Origin: an uncultured Candidatus Saccharibacteria bacterium
GTDB lineage: Bacteria > Patescibacteriota > Doudnabacteria > UBA920
Assembly (NCBI GenBank): GCA_964523855.1
Contig: CAZGAF010000005.1
Coordinates: 3,357-40,292 of the forward strand
Direction: 5' to 3'
DNA: 36,936 bases
Shown piece after piece: positions 1 through 8,777 of the stretch (position 1 is the first letter of the stretch; each line of letters opens with the position of its first letter). Under the pieces are notes generated by a model. The model was not told the origin of the DNA and made no database searches. It was given only the letters and a program-made list of their open reading frames with translations. A program made the translations under genes and the position numbers.

Positions 1-1434
1 AGGAAGTAAGACTAGATTTACATACACGCTAAAAATTAAAAAGAGCAACGCTATGTTCATGAGAGTTTTGGTAACGGTCGGCAAGTTAAAAGCGACAACA
101 GTTTTTAAAAACTCATCACCGCCAATAAACAGAGGAAGCCAGCCTAATGAAGAAATTATAATGCTGGCTGCTGCCCAATTAAAATTTCCTTCCACATACT
201 GGAAAAGTTTATAGATTTTATCCCAAAAAGGAGCTTTGTTTTTTAAAATAGGCCATATTAAATGCGGGTAGTACTCGACGTTATATGCCCATCGGCGTTT
301 CTGCTTGTATTGGTTCTTTAAAGTTTGCCATGTGGTGTCAGCCAAGCAGGTATCTAAGCTTATTGGAATAAATAAAGGTACAACTTGGTAGTCGCCGTTA
401 TATTTTAAATAACATTGCCAGTACACAAAACCATCTTCGTTAATAATGTCTTTTTTCCAATAACCAATCTCCACCAAGGCCTTTAAGGTCATAGTGTGAG
501 ACGAAAAAGTTCTAAGCCTGTCCGGTCTAGAGCTTTCCGTAAATTGCCAAAAAGAGTTGGAAACGCTGACGACCCGAATAAATGCAGGGCTGTCCCAAAT
601 ATTGTTATTATAAATTGCGATTGGCTGATAGCTTTTTTGGTAAGGTTTTTCAGCTGTTAAAAATTCGTAAATAACCCTTGCAAAATAGGAGGGGTGTATT
701 ATGGTGTCGGAGTCGAAGTTTGAAACCAAAACTTGCCCTATTCCGATATTTAACTTTTCTAAGTCGGATAAAACAGTTTGAACTGCGTAGCTGGCATTGG
801 CGCTTTTACCTTTTATTTCGCCGGGTAATCCGTCAGGATGGATAGTTATAAAGGTTTTATAAAATTTATCTTTATACTTTTCTTTTAAAGCCTCGGCGAT
901 TTTTAAAGCTTTCTCCCCTGCTCTTTCTTCGGCGGCTAAAAGTAAAATAAGTTTGCCAGTTGGATAACTGGTGCTAGCCATGGAATTTATACTGGAGTCC
1001 AAAACTTCCATACTTTCGTCGACAAAAGGCACCAAAATTAAATGGTAGTAGTTTTCTAAATTTTTACTTACAACCCCTCTGCTAACTAAGTCCGAGAGTC
1101 TCTTTACTTCGTCTTTTATAAATTTTTGCTCGACTTTATTTTGGGGTATTTTATTTTTTAAAAACTCAATAAAGTCCGGTATATTTTTTAGTTTAGATGC
1201 GTAATCCAACCAATCCAAAGTGACAAATACTTTAAACTTTTTGTAGCTCGCAATAAGATGCGTCGCAACATTTATGGCTTTTAAAACCCAGTAAAGGTCA
1301 AAACAAACTATAAACAAGGCTGCCCAGACTGGTTTGTAGTATGACAAAAGAACGGCTCCAATGAATACGCACCACAAGTGTAAGCCCGGAAGTATTTCCC
1401 ACATTCTTTCGATTTTTGTACGCTTACGAAACAT
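1..1434 (-). CDS. Family-2 (GT-A) membrane glycosyltransferase; C-terminus runs off the window start
   Basis: Absent from the ORF track because no stop lies inside the window. Manual translation from ATG (1432-1434) gives MFRKRTKIERMWEILPGLHLWCVFIGAV... It has N-terminal TM helices, a DxD-like 'NFDSDT', the Q-x-x-R-W motif 'QYKQKRRWAYN' of GT2 enzymes and C-terminal TM helices. The frame stays open to position 1. Confidence 0.7.
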   Translation of the reverse strand, partial: MFRKRTKIERMWEILPGLHLWCVFIGAVLLSYYKPVWAALFIVCFDLYWVLKAINVATHLIASYKKFKVFVTLDWLDYASKLKNIPDFIEFLKNKIPQNKVEQKFIKDEVKRLSDLVSRGVVSKNLENYYHLILVPFVDESMEVLDSSINSMASTSYPTGKLILLLAAEERAGEKALKIAEALKEKYKDKFYKTFITIHPDGLPGEIKGKSANASYAVQTVLSDLEKLNIGIGQVLVSNFDSDTIIHPSYFARVIYEFLTAEKPYQKSYQPIAIYNNNIWDSPAFIRVVSVSNSFWQFTESSRPDRLRTFSSHTMTLKALVEIGYWKKDIINEDGFVYWQCYLKYNGDYQVVPLFIPISLDTCLADTTWQTLKNQYKQKRRWAYNVEYYPHLIWPILKNKAPFWDKIYKLFQYVEGNFNWAAASIIISSLGWLPLFIGGDEFLKTVVAFNLPTVTKTLMNIALLFLIFSVYVNLVLLP

Positions 1435-1439
1435 TATAG

Positions 1440-1775
1440 TTAGTTAGCCAAAAAAATAAGGATTAAATAAAAAAATAGCACTATTTGAACAACTAAGTTT
1501 ACCCCTCCGATTAAAGGAGAATAAAATAGCTTGCCCTGCCTTAAAAATTTAAACAAAGTAAAATTAACAACGTTTAAAAAAAGCCCTGCAAGTGGAATTT
1601 GATAAAGGAATCTGACCGGTCCGTACCAATCGATGCCTGTTATGGTGTTATAGTGTAAGACAAAAGTATAATTATTTTGTCCAACTTTGTTCCAAACCAG
1701 CAAAAATGCTATACTATTCACAACAAAACCTAAAACCCACAGAAACCAAATTTTTTTAAAAAGGTCTTTTAACAT
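1440..1775 (-). CDS. Small polytopic membrane protein (unknown function), directly upstream of the GT2 gene
   Basis: 111-aa ORF with about 4 hydrophobic helices. Its stop lies 5 nt from the GT2 start on the same strand. No recognisable family motif. Confidence 0.5.
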   Translation of the reverse strand: MLKDLFKKIWFLWVLGFVVNSIAFLLVWNKVGQNNYTFVLHYNTITGIDWYGPVRFLYQIPLAGLFLNVVNFTLFKFLRQGKLFYSPLIGGVNLVVQIVLFFYLILIFLAN

Positions 1776-1848
1776 AAGTTCAAATTAGCTAAATTATAGC
1801 TTTTTTGACCAAAATAAACAACCTTACAAAGTAAGGCTGTATAAAGTC

Positions 1849-3591
1849 ATGACAAAAAAACAAAAACTGCTTTTTTTAGCAATAATTTTTTTAGCTATTT
1901 TCTTTCGCTTTTACCGCATAGCTGAAATGCCCGGCGGCTTATTTCCAGATGAAGCGGCGAATGGTTTAGATATAAATTCAATGCAGAATGGGCATCTACA
2001 GCCCTTCTACGAGCGTGGCAATGGGCGCGTCGCTCTGTTTTTTTACATGTTATGGGGCAGTGTGGAGCTGTTTGGCAAAGGCGCTTGGCAACATCATATT
2101 GTTTCTGCAACGGTTGGAGTTTTGTCGGTGATTTTATGTTTTTTTGTTACCAGAAAACTTTTTTCCCTTAGTTTTAGTCCACTGACCATCGCAACCGAAG
2201 AACTTAAAAAGAGGTTGTATAAAGCTACCAACATAGGACTTTTAGCTGCGTTTTTTATGGCAGTTTCTTCTTGGTATGTGGTTTTGTCCAGAACTGCTTT
2301 TAGGGCTAACTTAATACCTCTCTTTGCTACACTGACAATTTACTTACTCTTAAAGACATACGAGGCATATTCTAGTAAAGCCTCGGTAAAAAAAGTATTT
2401 GTGTTTAGTCTGTTAACCGGAGCGGCGTTTGCTTTAGGTTTTTATACATATATTGCCTATAGAATTTTGGTGTTAATTTTAGCCGTAGCCATAGCATGGC
2501 CACTTATGCTTCAGTTAAGAGAAAATGGCTTTCTAAAAACTTTACTAAAGTTTAAAACTGCAATCTTTGGTTTCTTTCTAGCTTTTGTTGTATTTTTTGC
2601 CCCGTTATTTATATATTTTTACACCCACGAAGGATCTTTTGTTGGCAGAAGTGGACAAGTTAGTGTGTTTAACACCGAGTTGAATAAGGGCAATTTACTT
2701 GGAACCGTTGGTACTGTAGCTTACTTGTCAGTTAGGGCTTATTTTATAGATGGTGATTTAAATTGGAGACATAATGTTTCAGGTTATCCATTTTTGTCAG
2801 AAATAATAAGTCCGTTCTTCGCTGTCGGCTTAATAATAATCACTCTTCTTGCGGTTGTTTACATGCTCAAACCGATAGAGAAAAGCCACTTTTGGAAATT
2901 TTTCCTGCTCGCCGGCTGGTTTTGGGGTATGCTTGTACCGGTTATTACTACCGCTGAAGGTATACCTCATGGGCTTAGGGCCATCGGGACGATTCCACCC
3001 GTTTTTATTATTACCGCTTGGGCGGTGTATTGGGTTGGGCATTTTGTATATGAAGCTCATAAAAAAATTTGGCATCGCTGCGAAAAGTGTCACGAAGAGC
3101 ATTACGAAACTTTAGGTAGGGCTTTTAGAAAAAATATTGCCACTTATGCACTTAAATTTTTAGCTGTTTGTTTTTTTGTAAGTTTAATTTCCCAAACCTA
3201 TATTGCTTACTTTATTTACGCTTACAATAGCCCGGAAAATTTCTATGCATTTAGGTCCGACTTAACTCCGGTGGCTAACTATTTAAAACAAAGATGCATA
3301 AAAGACAGTACGTATTTGGTCTTAGATAAATTTTCAGTTCAAACAACGGACTATACGACAAGTAACGAAAAAGGTGACTTTTCGAATGCCTGCTCTGTCC
3401 CCTACAAGCAAGTCGACCCCGAAGATTCTTGGAAACTTTCAGGTTTACAGTTTGGAGACGAAATTGTTTTTACTCAATCCTCTATATTTGATATTAAAAA
3501 ATTTAAAGCCTTTCACCCCAATACTCGTTTGGTTTATGAAGCTAGAAATAAGTTTGGTCAAGCGGTGGTTGCGGTTTATCGAGTTGAGTAA
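1849..3591 (+). CDS. GT-C fold glycosyltransferase, ArnT/PMT (family 39/83)-like
   Basis: 580 aa and multi-TM. The N-terminal 'FYRIAEMPGGLFPDEAANGLD' matches the first-loop D/E motif typical of ArnT/PMT_2 enzymes. A large C-terminal soluble domain follows. Confidence 0.75.
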   Translation: MTKKQKLLFLAIIFLAIFFRFYRIAEMPGGLFPDEAANGLDINSMQNGHLQPFYERGNGRVALFFYMLWGSVELFGKGAWQHHIVSATVGVLSVILCFFVTRKLFSLSFSPLTIATEELKKRLYKATNIGLLAAFFMAVSSWYVVLSRTAFRANLIPLFATLTIYLLLKTYEAYSSKASVKKVFVFSLLTGAAFALGFYTYIAYRILVLILAVAIAWPLMLQLRENGFLKTLLKFKTAIFGFFLAFVVFFAPLFIYFYTHEGSFVGRSGQVSVFNTELNKGNLLGTVGTVAYLSVRAYFIDGDLNWRHNVSGYPFLSEIISPFFAVGLIIITLLAVVYMLKPIEKSHFWKFFLLAGWFWGMLVPVITTAEGIPHGLRAIGTIPPVFIITAWAVYWVGHFVYEAHKKIWHRCEKCHEEHYETLGRAFRKNIATYALKFLAVCFFVSLISQTYIAYFIYAYNSPENFYAFRSDLTPVANYLKQRCIKDSTYLVLDKFSVQTTDYTTSNEKGDFSNACSVPYKQVDPEDSWKLSGLQFGDEIVFTQSSIFDIKKFKAFHPNTRLVYEARNKFGQAVVAVYRVE

Positions 3592-3616
3592 GTTCAATTT
3601 AAATTAAAATTATTTT

Positions 3617-5203
3617 ATGAAAAAATATTTACCCCTTTTATTTATACTCGTTACGGCAACAATTCTTCGGTACTATAACAATGTTTCGATAAGTTTATGG
3701 CATGACGAAGCTTTTTCAGCCCTGCTTATTAAATATAGTTGGCCAGAAATGATGTACAGAATAGGTTTAGATGTACACCCGCCCATGTACTATATATTTT
3801 TAAGGTTTTGGAGCTATATGTTTGGTGATACTTTATTGGCCTTGCGGTCGATGACTGTGTTTTTTAGTGTTGCTACAGTTTGGTCGACTTGGTTATTTGT
3901 AAAAGAAGCATTTAAAAATGAAAAGGCGGCACTTTGGGCTGCGCTTTTAGTGGCTTTCAACCCTTTTCAAATTCAATACGCTTCTGAGGCTAGAATGTAT
4001 ACCTTGGGAGCCTTTTTCACTGTTTTAGCCGCATATTTTTTAACCAAAGCTCTAAACATGGAATCTGGAATTTACAAAACAGAATTACAGAACATGCCTA
4101 ACCTGCCGGAGGAGATAAGGGCGAAAAGAATTAGACTTTGGTCGTATGTTGGATTTGTGGTTTCTGCGAGCATTATGCTGTATACGCACTACTACCTGCT
4201 TTTTTCGGTAGCGGCATTATGTGCATACGGAATTATTTATAAAATGATTCATCACGAAGGCGGCATAAAAAAGTATTTGCACTTATTACTCAGTTTTGTG
4301 TTTATTGGTCTTTCTTTCGTACCCTGGTTGCCCAAGTTTTTATACCAGTATAAGCAGGTGGGGGCTGGGTATTGGATCCCTCCTATGGACAGATGGAGTG
4401 TTCCTTCGACAATATGGACATTGCTGTTAGGTTTTTCGCATAACATTCAAAATGTTACTACGCAAAAATGGTTAATCTTTGTCAGTGTGCTTGTATTAAT
4501 TATTACTATTTGGTTTGTGAGGAAAACGAACTTCTTTCACAAGTGGTTAGTTATTTTGGCAATATTAGCGCCGTTTTTTGGTAGTTTGCTTTTCCTAATT
4601 TTAGCCAAACTGAAGGGGAGTTCTTCCTCGGTTTATTTGGTTAGGTACTTTCTTTATACATCCGCGTTCTTAAGCACGCTCATAGCATTATGGCTTTGGC
4701 AGTTAAAATATAGATGGTTGGCTGCTGGGTTGCTGCTTTGTTATTTAGTTTTAAATATCACTGCCTTTGTTAGCTACTGGAAAGATGTTAAAGTAAGTAC
4801 CAGGCCGGGCATGAAAGCGGTTGCCGCTTACTTAAGTACAAATGTAGAGCCGGGGCAACCTGTCTTTGTTGGGACAAGCTTTGAATTCTTTAACTATAAA
4901 TACTATAGAAACGTTTATTCAAATACTCCCACTCCCCCGCTTCTTTTTACCGGGGGCGAAAAGTATGCAAAAAATATATCGCATTTTGCCGGTAGCGCAC
5001 TTCTAACCGACCAAGACCTAGCTCCTACTTTTGAAGAAAAGGCAAAACCTGGTCAAACAGCTTGGCTTATTTGGACCTATGCTTTCGGGTCCAATAAACC
5101 AAATGTACCAAAAGGCTGGCAAGAATTAAGCGAAATAGAGTACCCCGACGTTAGACCCTATTTGGGCACTAGTATTTACGTGACTCAGTATAGAGTGGAT
5201 TAA
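3617..5203 (+). CDS. Second GT-C fold glycosyltransferase, ArnT/PMT-like
   Basis: 528 aa and multi-TM, with an 'ISLWHDEAFSAL' first-loop motif. It sits in tandem, 25 nt after the previous GT-C gene. Confidence 0.75.
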   Translation: MKKYLPLLFILVTATILRYYNNVSISLWHDEAFSALLIKYSWPEMMYRIGLDVHPPMYYIFLRFWSYMFGDTLLALRSMTVFFSVATVWSTWLFVKEAFKNEKAALWAALLVAFNPFQIQYASEARMYTLGAFFTVLAAYFLTKALNMESGIYKTELQNMPNLPEEIRAKRIRLWSYVGFVVSASIMLYTHYYLLFSVAALCAYGIIYKMIHHEGGIKKYLHLLLSFVFIGLSFVPWLPKFLYQYKQVGAGYWIPPMDRWSVPSTIWTLLLGFSHNIQNVTTQKWLIFVSVLVLIITIWFVRKTNFFHKWLVILAILAPFFGSLLFLILAKLKGSSSSVYLVRYFLYTSAFLSTLIALWLWQLKYRWLAAGLLLCYLVLNITAFVSYWKDVKVSTRPGMKAVAAYLSTNVEPGQPVFVGTSFEFFNYKYYRNVYSNTPTPPLLFTGGEKYAKNISHFAGSALLTDQDLAPTFEEKAKPGQTAWLIWTYAFGSNKPNVPKGWQELSEIEYPDVRPYLGTSIYVTQYRVD

Positions 5204-5210
5204 GCATTAT

Positions 5211-5245
5211 AAAAAGCCTACCCGAAACTTGAGGGTAGGCTTTTT
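5211..5245. terminator. Bidirectional intrinsic terminator between convergent genes
   Basis: AAAAAGCCTACCC-gaaacttga-GGGTAGGCTTTTT forms a 13-bp stem with A/T runs on both sides. It lies between the GT-C stop (5203) and the pyrH stop (5250). Confidence 0.7.
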
Positions 5246-5249
5246 ATAA

Positions 5250-5945
5250 TTAACTAATTTCGGTTCCAATAAATTTTTGCCCGTTTAAAATCGCATTCAA
5301 ATTTTTTAAATTTTTGCCGTTTGCAATAATAGCTTTGAGTTTTATGTCTTTAGCAAGCTTTGCGGCGCTTGGGTCGAAGGGGAAATTTGCACCAGGTTTC
5401 CACTTGCTCCCAGTAATTTGTAAGAGTTCTGCCCAGCTTGTTTTAAAAATTTTCTTTGCTTGAGGGAACTTTTTAGGATCTTTGTCGTATAGGTAGTCAA
5501 TATTGCTTAAATTAATTACCGTGTCTGCTTTGTAAGTTTTAGCTATCAAAACTGCATCTTTGTCAGTACTGCAGCCTGGTTTCCAACCGCCTGCTAGCAA
5601 AACCTTTTCTTTAAAATTTAGTTTTTCTTCCGGGTTGTCTACAATTTTAGGGTGACTTTGCTTTTTAAAAAGCAGTCTTATAAAATTTGCATTGGTTTTG
5701 GTGACATAAATACCCATCCAGTCTAGGTCTGAGTGCTCAACCTTGTTTAAAATTTGCAAAGCTCCTTGATACTTTCTGCAAACTTTGCCGCCACCGGTAA
5801 TAAGTATGAATCGCTTGCCTTTTTTTATATGCGATTCGATTAACGCTTTAAAATTTTTTAAAAAATCTAAATCTAATTCTTCAGGAAAAATTAAAGAACC
5901 GCCTAAAGAAATTACAAACAAATTCGATGAAATATTTTTTTTCAT
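5250..5945 (-). CDS. pyrH: UMP kinase, archaeal-type
   Basis: The ORF-track frame is 5250..6044. I place the start at the internal ATG 5943-5945 (MKKNISSNLFVISLGGS...) because the upstream extension overlaps the FtsQ-like gene. Motifs are 'ISLGGSLIFPEELDLDF', 'ITGGGKVCRKY', 'DKDPKKFPQAKKI' and 'FDPSAAKLA'. This is the amino-acid-kinase fold with the archaeal PyrH pattern rather than the bacterial 'LKLSGEAL' N-terminus. Confidence 0.8.
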   Translation of the reverse strand: MKKNISSNLFVISLGGSLIFPEELDLDFLKNFKALIESHIKKGKRFILITGGGKVCRKYQGALQILNKVEHSDLDWMGIYVTKTNANFIRLLFKKQSHPKIVDNPEEKLNFKEKVLLAGGWKPGCSTDKDAVLIAKTYKADTVINLSNIDYLYDKDPKKFPQAKKIFKTSWAELLQITGSKWKPGANFPFDPSAAKLAKDIKLKAIIANGKNLKNLNAILNGQKFIGTEIS

Positions 5946-5971
5946 AATTTTAAGCCTTAGAATTAAACTTT

Positions 5972-6898
5972 TTAAAAAGGCGTGGAGCTTGCTGTTGGAA
6001 TTATGTTTTCTGTCTGTTTTGCGCAGAGAGCGCTCTTTTGACATGTATAAGCTCGCTCAGGAACTCTTAAATCAATATAGGCTAAGCTTCTAATGTCGGG
6101 GTTTTGGCTAAGTAAAGCTTGTAAGTTTTTTAAAACCTTTTCCCACTCGCTGGTTATTTCAAATTTTAATTCCAGGTCAGAAATAGTTTTTATGGACAAA
6201 GCGGACTCGCCCCTTTTAGGAGCTATGATTTGCACCGGATTTAAACCAATTTTTTTTAAGTCCTCAAAGGATCTGTCGGCAAATAATAAGGTATCTTTGT
6301 CTATAATTTGCTGTCCTATTACCCAATTATTCTCAGTCTCCGTAATAAGTTCCTTTAAGCTGGGCTTGAGCTCGGAAAAGTTATTTTTTACTCCAAGTAA
6401 AATACCGTCTTTAGATATTTCATAGACAGTGCTGGAAGCTTTTATGTAGAACTTAGCATATCTGGGTACTGTGTAGACCTTCAAAGTACTCGGAAAATCT
6501 TTTTTTATACTATCCAAACTTAAAACATTTAAATTTTGCCTTAGCAGGTACTCTTTTAGACTATTTTTTTTAAGCAAAACTAAATTTTTTTGAGGCCAAA
6601 ATTTGTTTTTATTTAAATACTCCGCCACAGTCTTATTAACTGAATCTCGTTCGGAAATTTTTAAGCCGTAAATCTCAACATTTTTTATAAACAAAAAATT
6701 GGGAATGAAAACTAAATAACATAAGACTGCTACAAACAGTAAGGCTGCTATAAATTCAAAACGAGACTTAAGCAAAAATTTTTTTAAAGCAGTTTGCTCA
6801 ACATTTAGACTTTTTGCCTGTCTTTTGTAACCACGTGCAAAGTCCAGTTTTTCTTTAAAATCTCTTTTTTTAAATCTGATTTTTATGTTTTTATTCAT
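5972..6898 (-). CDS. FtsQ/DivIB-like cell division protein (single TM plus POTRA-like region)
   Basis: 308 aa. A basic N-terminus is followed by one TM helix (FEFIAALLFVAVLCYLVFIP) and then 'IKNVEIYGLKISERDSVNKTV', resembling the POTRA start of FtsQ. The call rests on weak sequence-level recognition only. Confidence 0.45.
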   Translation of the reverse strand: MNKNIKIRFKKRDFKEKLDFARGYKRQAKSLNVEQTALKKFLLKSRFEFIAALLFVAVLCYLVFIPNFLFIKNVEIYGLKISERDSVNKTVAEYLNKNKFWPQKNLVLLKKNSLKEYLLRQNLNVLSLDSIKKDFPSTLKVYTVPRYAKFYIKASSTVYEISKDGILLGVKNNFSELKPSLKELITETENNWVIGQQIIDKDTLLFADRSFEDLKKIGLNPVQIIAPKRGESALSIKTISDLELKFEITSEWEKVLKNLQALLSQNPDIRSLAYIDLRVPERAYTCQKSALCAKQTENIIPTASSTPF

Positions 6899-6962
6899 TG
6901 CTTAACATGTAGCGGGTAATAAGAAAAAGGCCAAGGTAAAAGACTTTAGACCGCCTTATAAG

Positions 6963-8303
6963 CTACCGTTTGATTACATCTTTACCCACATAAGGCCTTA
7001 AAATTTCCGGAACTAAAATACTGCCGTCTTCTTGTTGGAAATTTTCCCAAATCGCAATTAGTATTCTTGGACTAGCTACTACGGTGTTGTTAAGCGTAAA
7101 AACGTGTTTAGTTTTACCGTCTTGAGTTTTATATTTTATATTAAGTCTTCTGGCTTGCCAGTCCGTTAAATTGGAATCTGAGTGAGTTTCGCCGTACGAA
7201 TTTCTTGCCGGCATCCAAGTTTCAATATCATACATTTTGTATTTGCCAGCACCCATATCCCCTGTGCAAATATTTAAAACTCTATGTGGTAATTTTAAAT
7301 CTTTTAAAATTTCCTGCGCTATATCTCTCATATCTTCTAGCCATTTGTCGCTTTCAAAAATATCTGCCTTGCACAAAACAACTTGCTCAACTTTCATGAA
7401 CTCGTGAATTCGGTAAATGCCTTTAGTGTCTTTCCCGTAAGAACCGATCTCGCCTCTAAAGCATGGGCTTATTCCGCAAACTTTAATAGGTAAATCTTTC
7501 TCTTCTAAAGTTTTATCGGAATAATACGCAAGTAAGCTAGGTTCAGACGTTCCGGCCAAATAGGTGGGTTCACTTACGCCATTTTTTATATCTTCTTCGG
7601 TCAAAACCTGATATTGTTCCGCTTTCCCGAATGGAAAATGTCCGCTGCCAAAGTAAGCAAACTCCCTGCCTAAAACTGGAGGCACCATAAGGTTGAAGCC
7701 TTTTTCTTGCATCTTTTTCATCGCATGCCACAGTAGCCCATAGTGCATTAAAACTGCCTCATTTTTTAAATAATAACCCCTAAAACCGGAAGTTTTTACA
7801 CCGGCTTCCAAATCAAGCAAGCCCAAAGAAACACCCAAGTCTACGTGGTCTTTTACCGGAAAACTAAATTTAGTTGGAACTTGGGCGGCCTTATCTAAAT
7901 CTTTGGCGTCTAAATCCCCCAAAGCCGGACTCCAGTACCTCCAGGGTATATTACCGCTGTCGTCCGGTCCAATTGGAGTTTCGGGGCTTGGAATATTTGG
8001 GACTAAATACATTAGCTCGTTAAACTCTGGCTCAACTTGGCTTAGCGCAAGCTTAACTTCAGAAGCTTTGCTGTCTACTTCTTTCATTTCCAAAAGCTTA
8101 ACCTTTTTTTGGTCGTCTGGTAGTTTTGGTATTTCTTTTGAAGCTTGGTTTTTTGTAGCCTGAAGACCCTCTAATTCTGTTTTTAAATCCCTTCTTTTGC
8201 TGTCCAGTTCTAAAAGCCTGTCTATGTCTAAGTTAATGCGTTTATTTTTAACGGTTTCTTTTAGTTTGTCCGCGTTTTCGCGAATAAATTTTATATCGAG
8301 CAT
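6963..8303 (-). CDS. serS: Seryl-tRNA synthetase
   Basis: The 446-aa product starts 'MLDIKFIRENADKLKETVKNKRINLDIDRLLELD', the coiled-coil tRNA-binding arm. Class II motifs include 'FRGEIGSYGKDTKGIYRIHEF' and 'TLNNTVVASPRILIAIWEN'. Confidence 0.95.
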   Translation of the reverse strand: MLDIKFIRENADKLKETVKNKRINLDIDRLLELDSKRRDLKTELEGLQATKNQASKEIPKLPDDQKKVKLLEMKEVDSKASEVKLALSQVEPEFNELMYLVPNIPSPETPIGPDDSGNIPWRYWSPALGDLDAKDLDKAAQVPTKFSFPVKDHVDLGVSLGLLDLEAGVKTSGFRGYYLKNEAVLMHYGLLWHAMKKMQEKGFNLMVPPVLGREFAYFGSGHFPFGKAEQYQVLTEEDIKNGVSEPTYLAGTSEPSLLAYYSDKTLEEKDLPIKVCGISPCFRGEIGSYGKDTKGIYRIHEFMKVEQVVLCKADIFESDKWLEDMRDIAQEILKDLKLPHRVLNICTGDMGAGKYKMYDIETWMPARNSYGETHSDSNLTDWQARRLNIKYKTQDGKTKHVFTLNNTVVASPRILIAIWENFQQEDGSILVPEILRPYVGKDVIKR

Positions 8304-8328
8304 ATTGTTTATAACTAAGCTTTAAAAG

Positions 8329-8775
8329 CTAATCTAAAAAATTGTTAGCTTCTATCCATTCGACTGTTTTGGATATGTTGTTAAAACTTCTTAACTTTAT
8401 AACTTCACTTAAAGACATGTATTTAAGCTCGGCTATTTCTTCTTCAGCGTCAACGCCAATTTTCATTTCTCCACCAACTACTTCACAAATGTAAGTTAGC
8501 ACCAACACATGTAAATGAACTTTGTCTTCAACCTTAAGTTCTTCTGAAAATACTTTGGGAAGAAGACTTAAAACTTTTACATCTAACCCCGACTCTTCTT
8601 TGACTTCTCGCATGACAGCAATTTCTGGGTCTTCGGCGAACTCTATACCTCCGCCAATAAATTCCCAAATATCATGGATTTGCGGAGTGTTGGGCGCGTG
8701 CCGTCTGGCCATTAAAATTTCGTTTTTTGAATTTTTTATTAAGGCTACAGCTATAGTAAGTTGTTCCGTTTTCAT
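8329..8775 (-). CDS. Nudix hydrolase
   Basis: The Nudix box 'GGGIEFAEDPEIAVMREVKEESGL' matches GX5EX7REUXEEXGU. 148 aa. Confidence 0.85.
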   Translation of the reverse strand: MKTEQLTIAVALIKNSKNEILMARRHAPNTPQIHDIWEFIGGGIEFAEDPEIAVMREVKEESGLDVKVLSLLPKVFSEELKVEDKVHLHVLVLTYICEVVGGEMKIGVDAEEEIAELKYMSLSEVIKLRSFNNISKTVEWIEANNFLD

Positions 8776-8777
8776 GA

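Noticed and set aside
5946-6044. N-terminal 33-aa extension of the pyrH ORF (MSKERSLRKTDRK...)
   Set aside because: The extension overlaps the 3' end of the FtsQ-like gene. The family-conserved N-terminus (VISLGGS) starts right after the internal Met at 5945, so the extension is probably untranslated.
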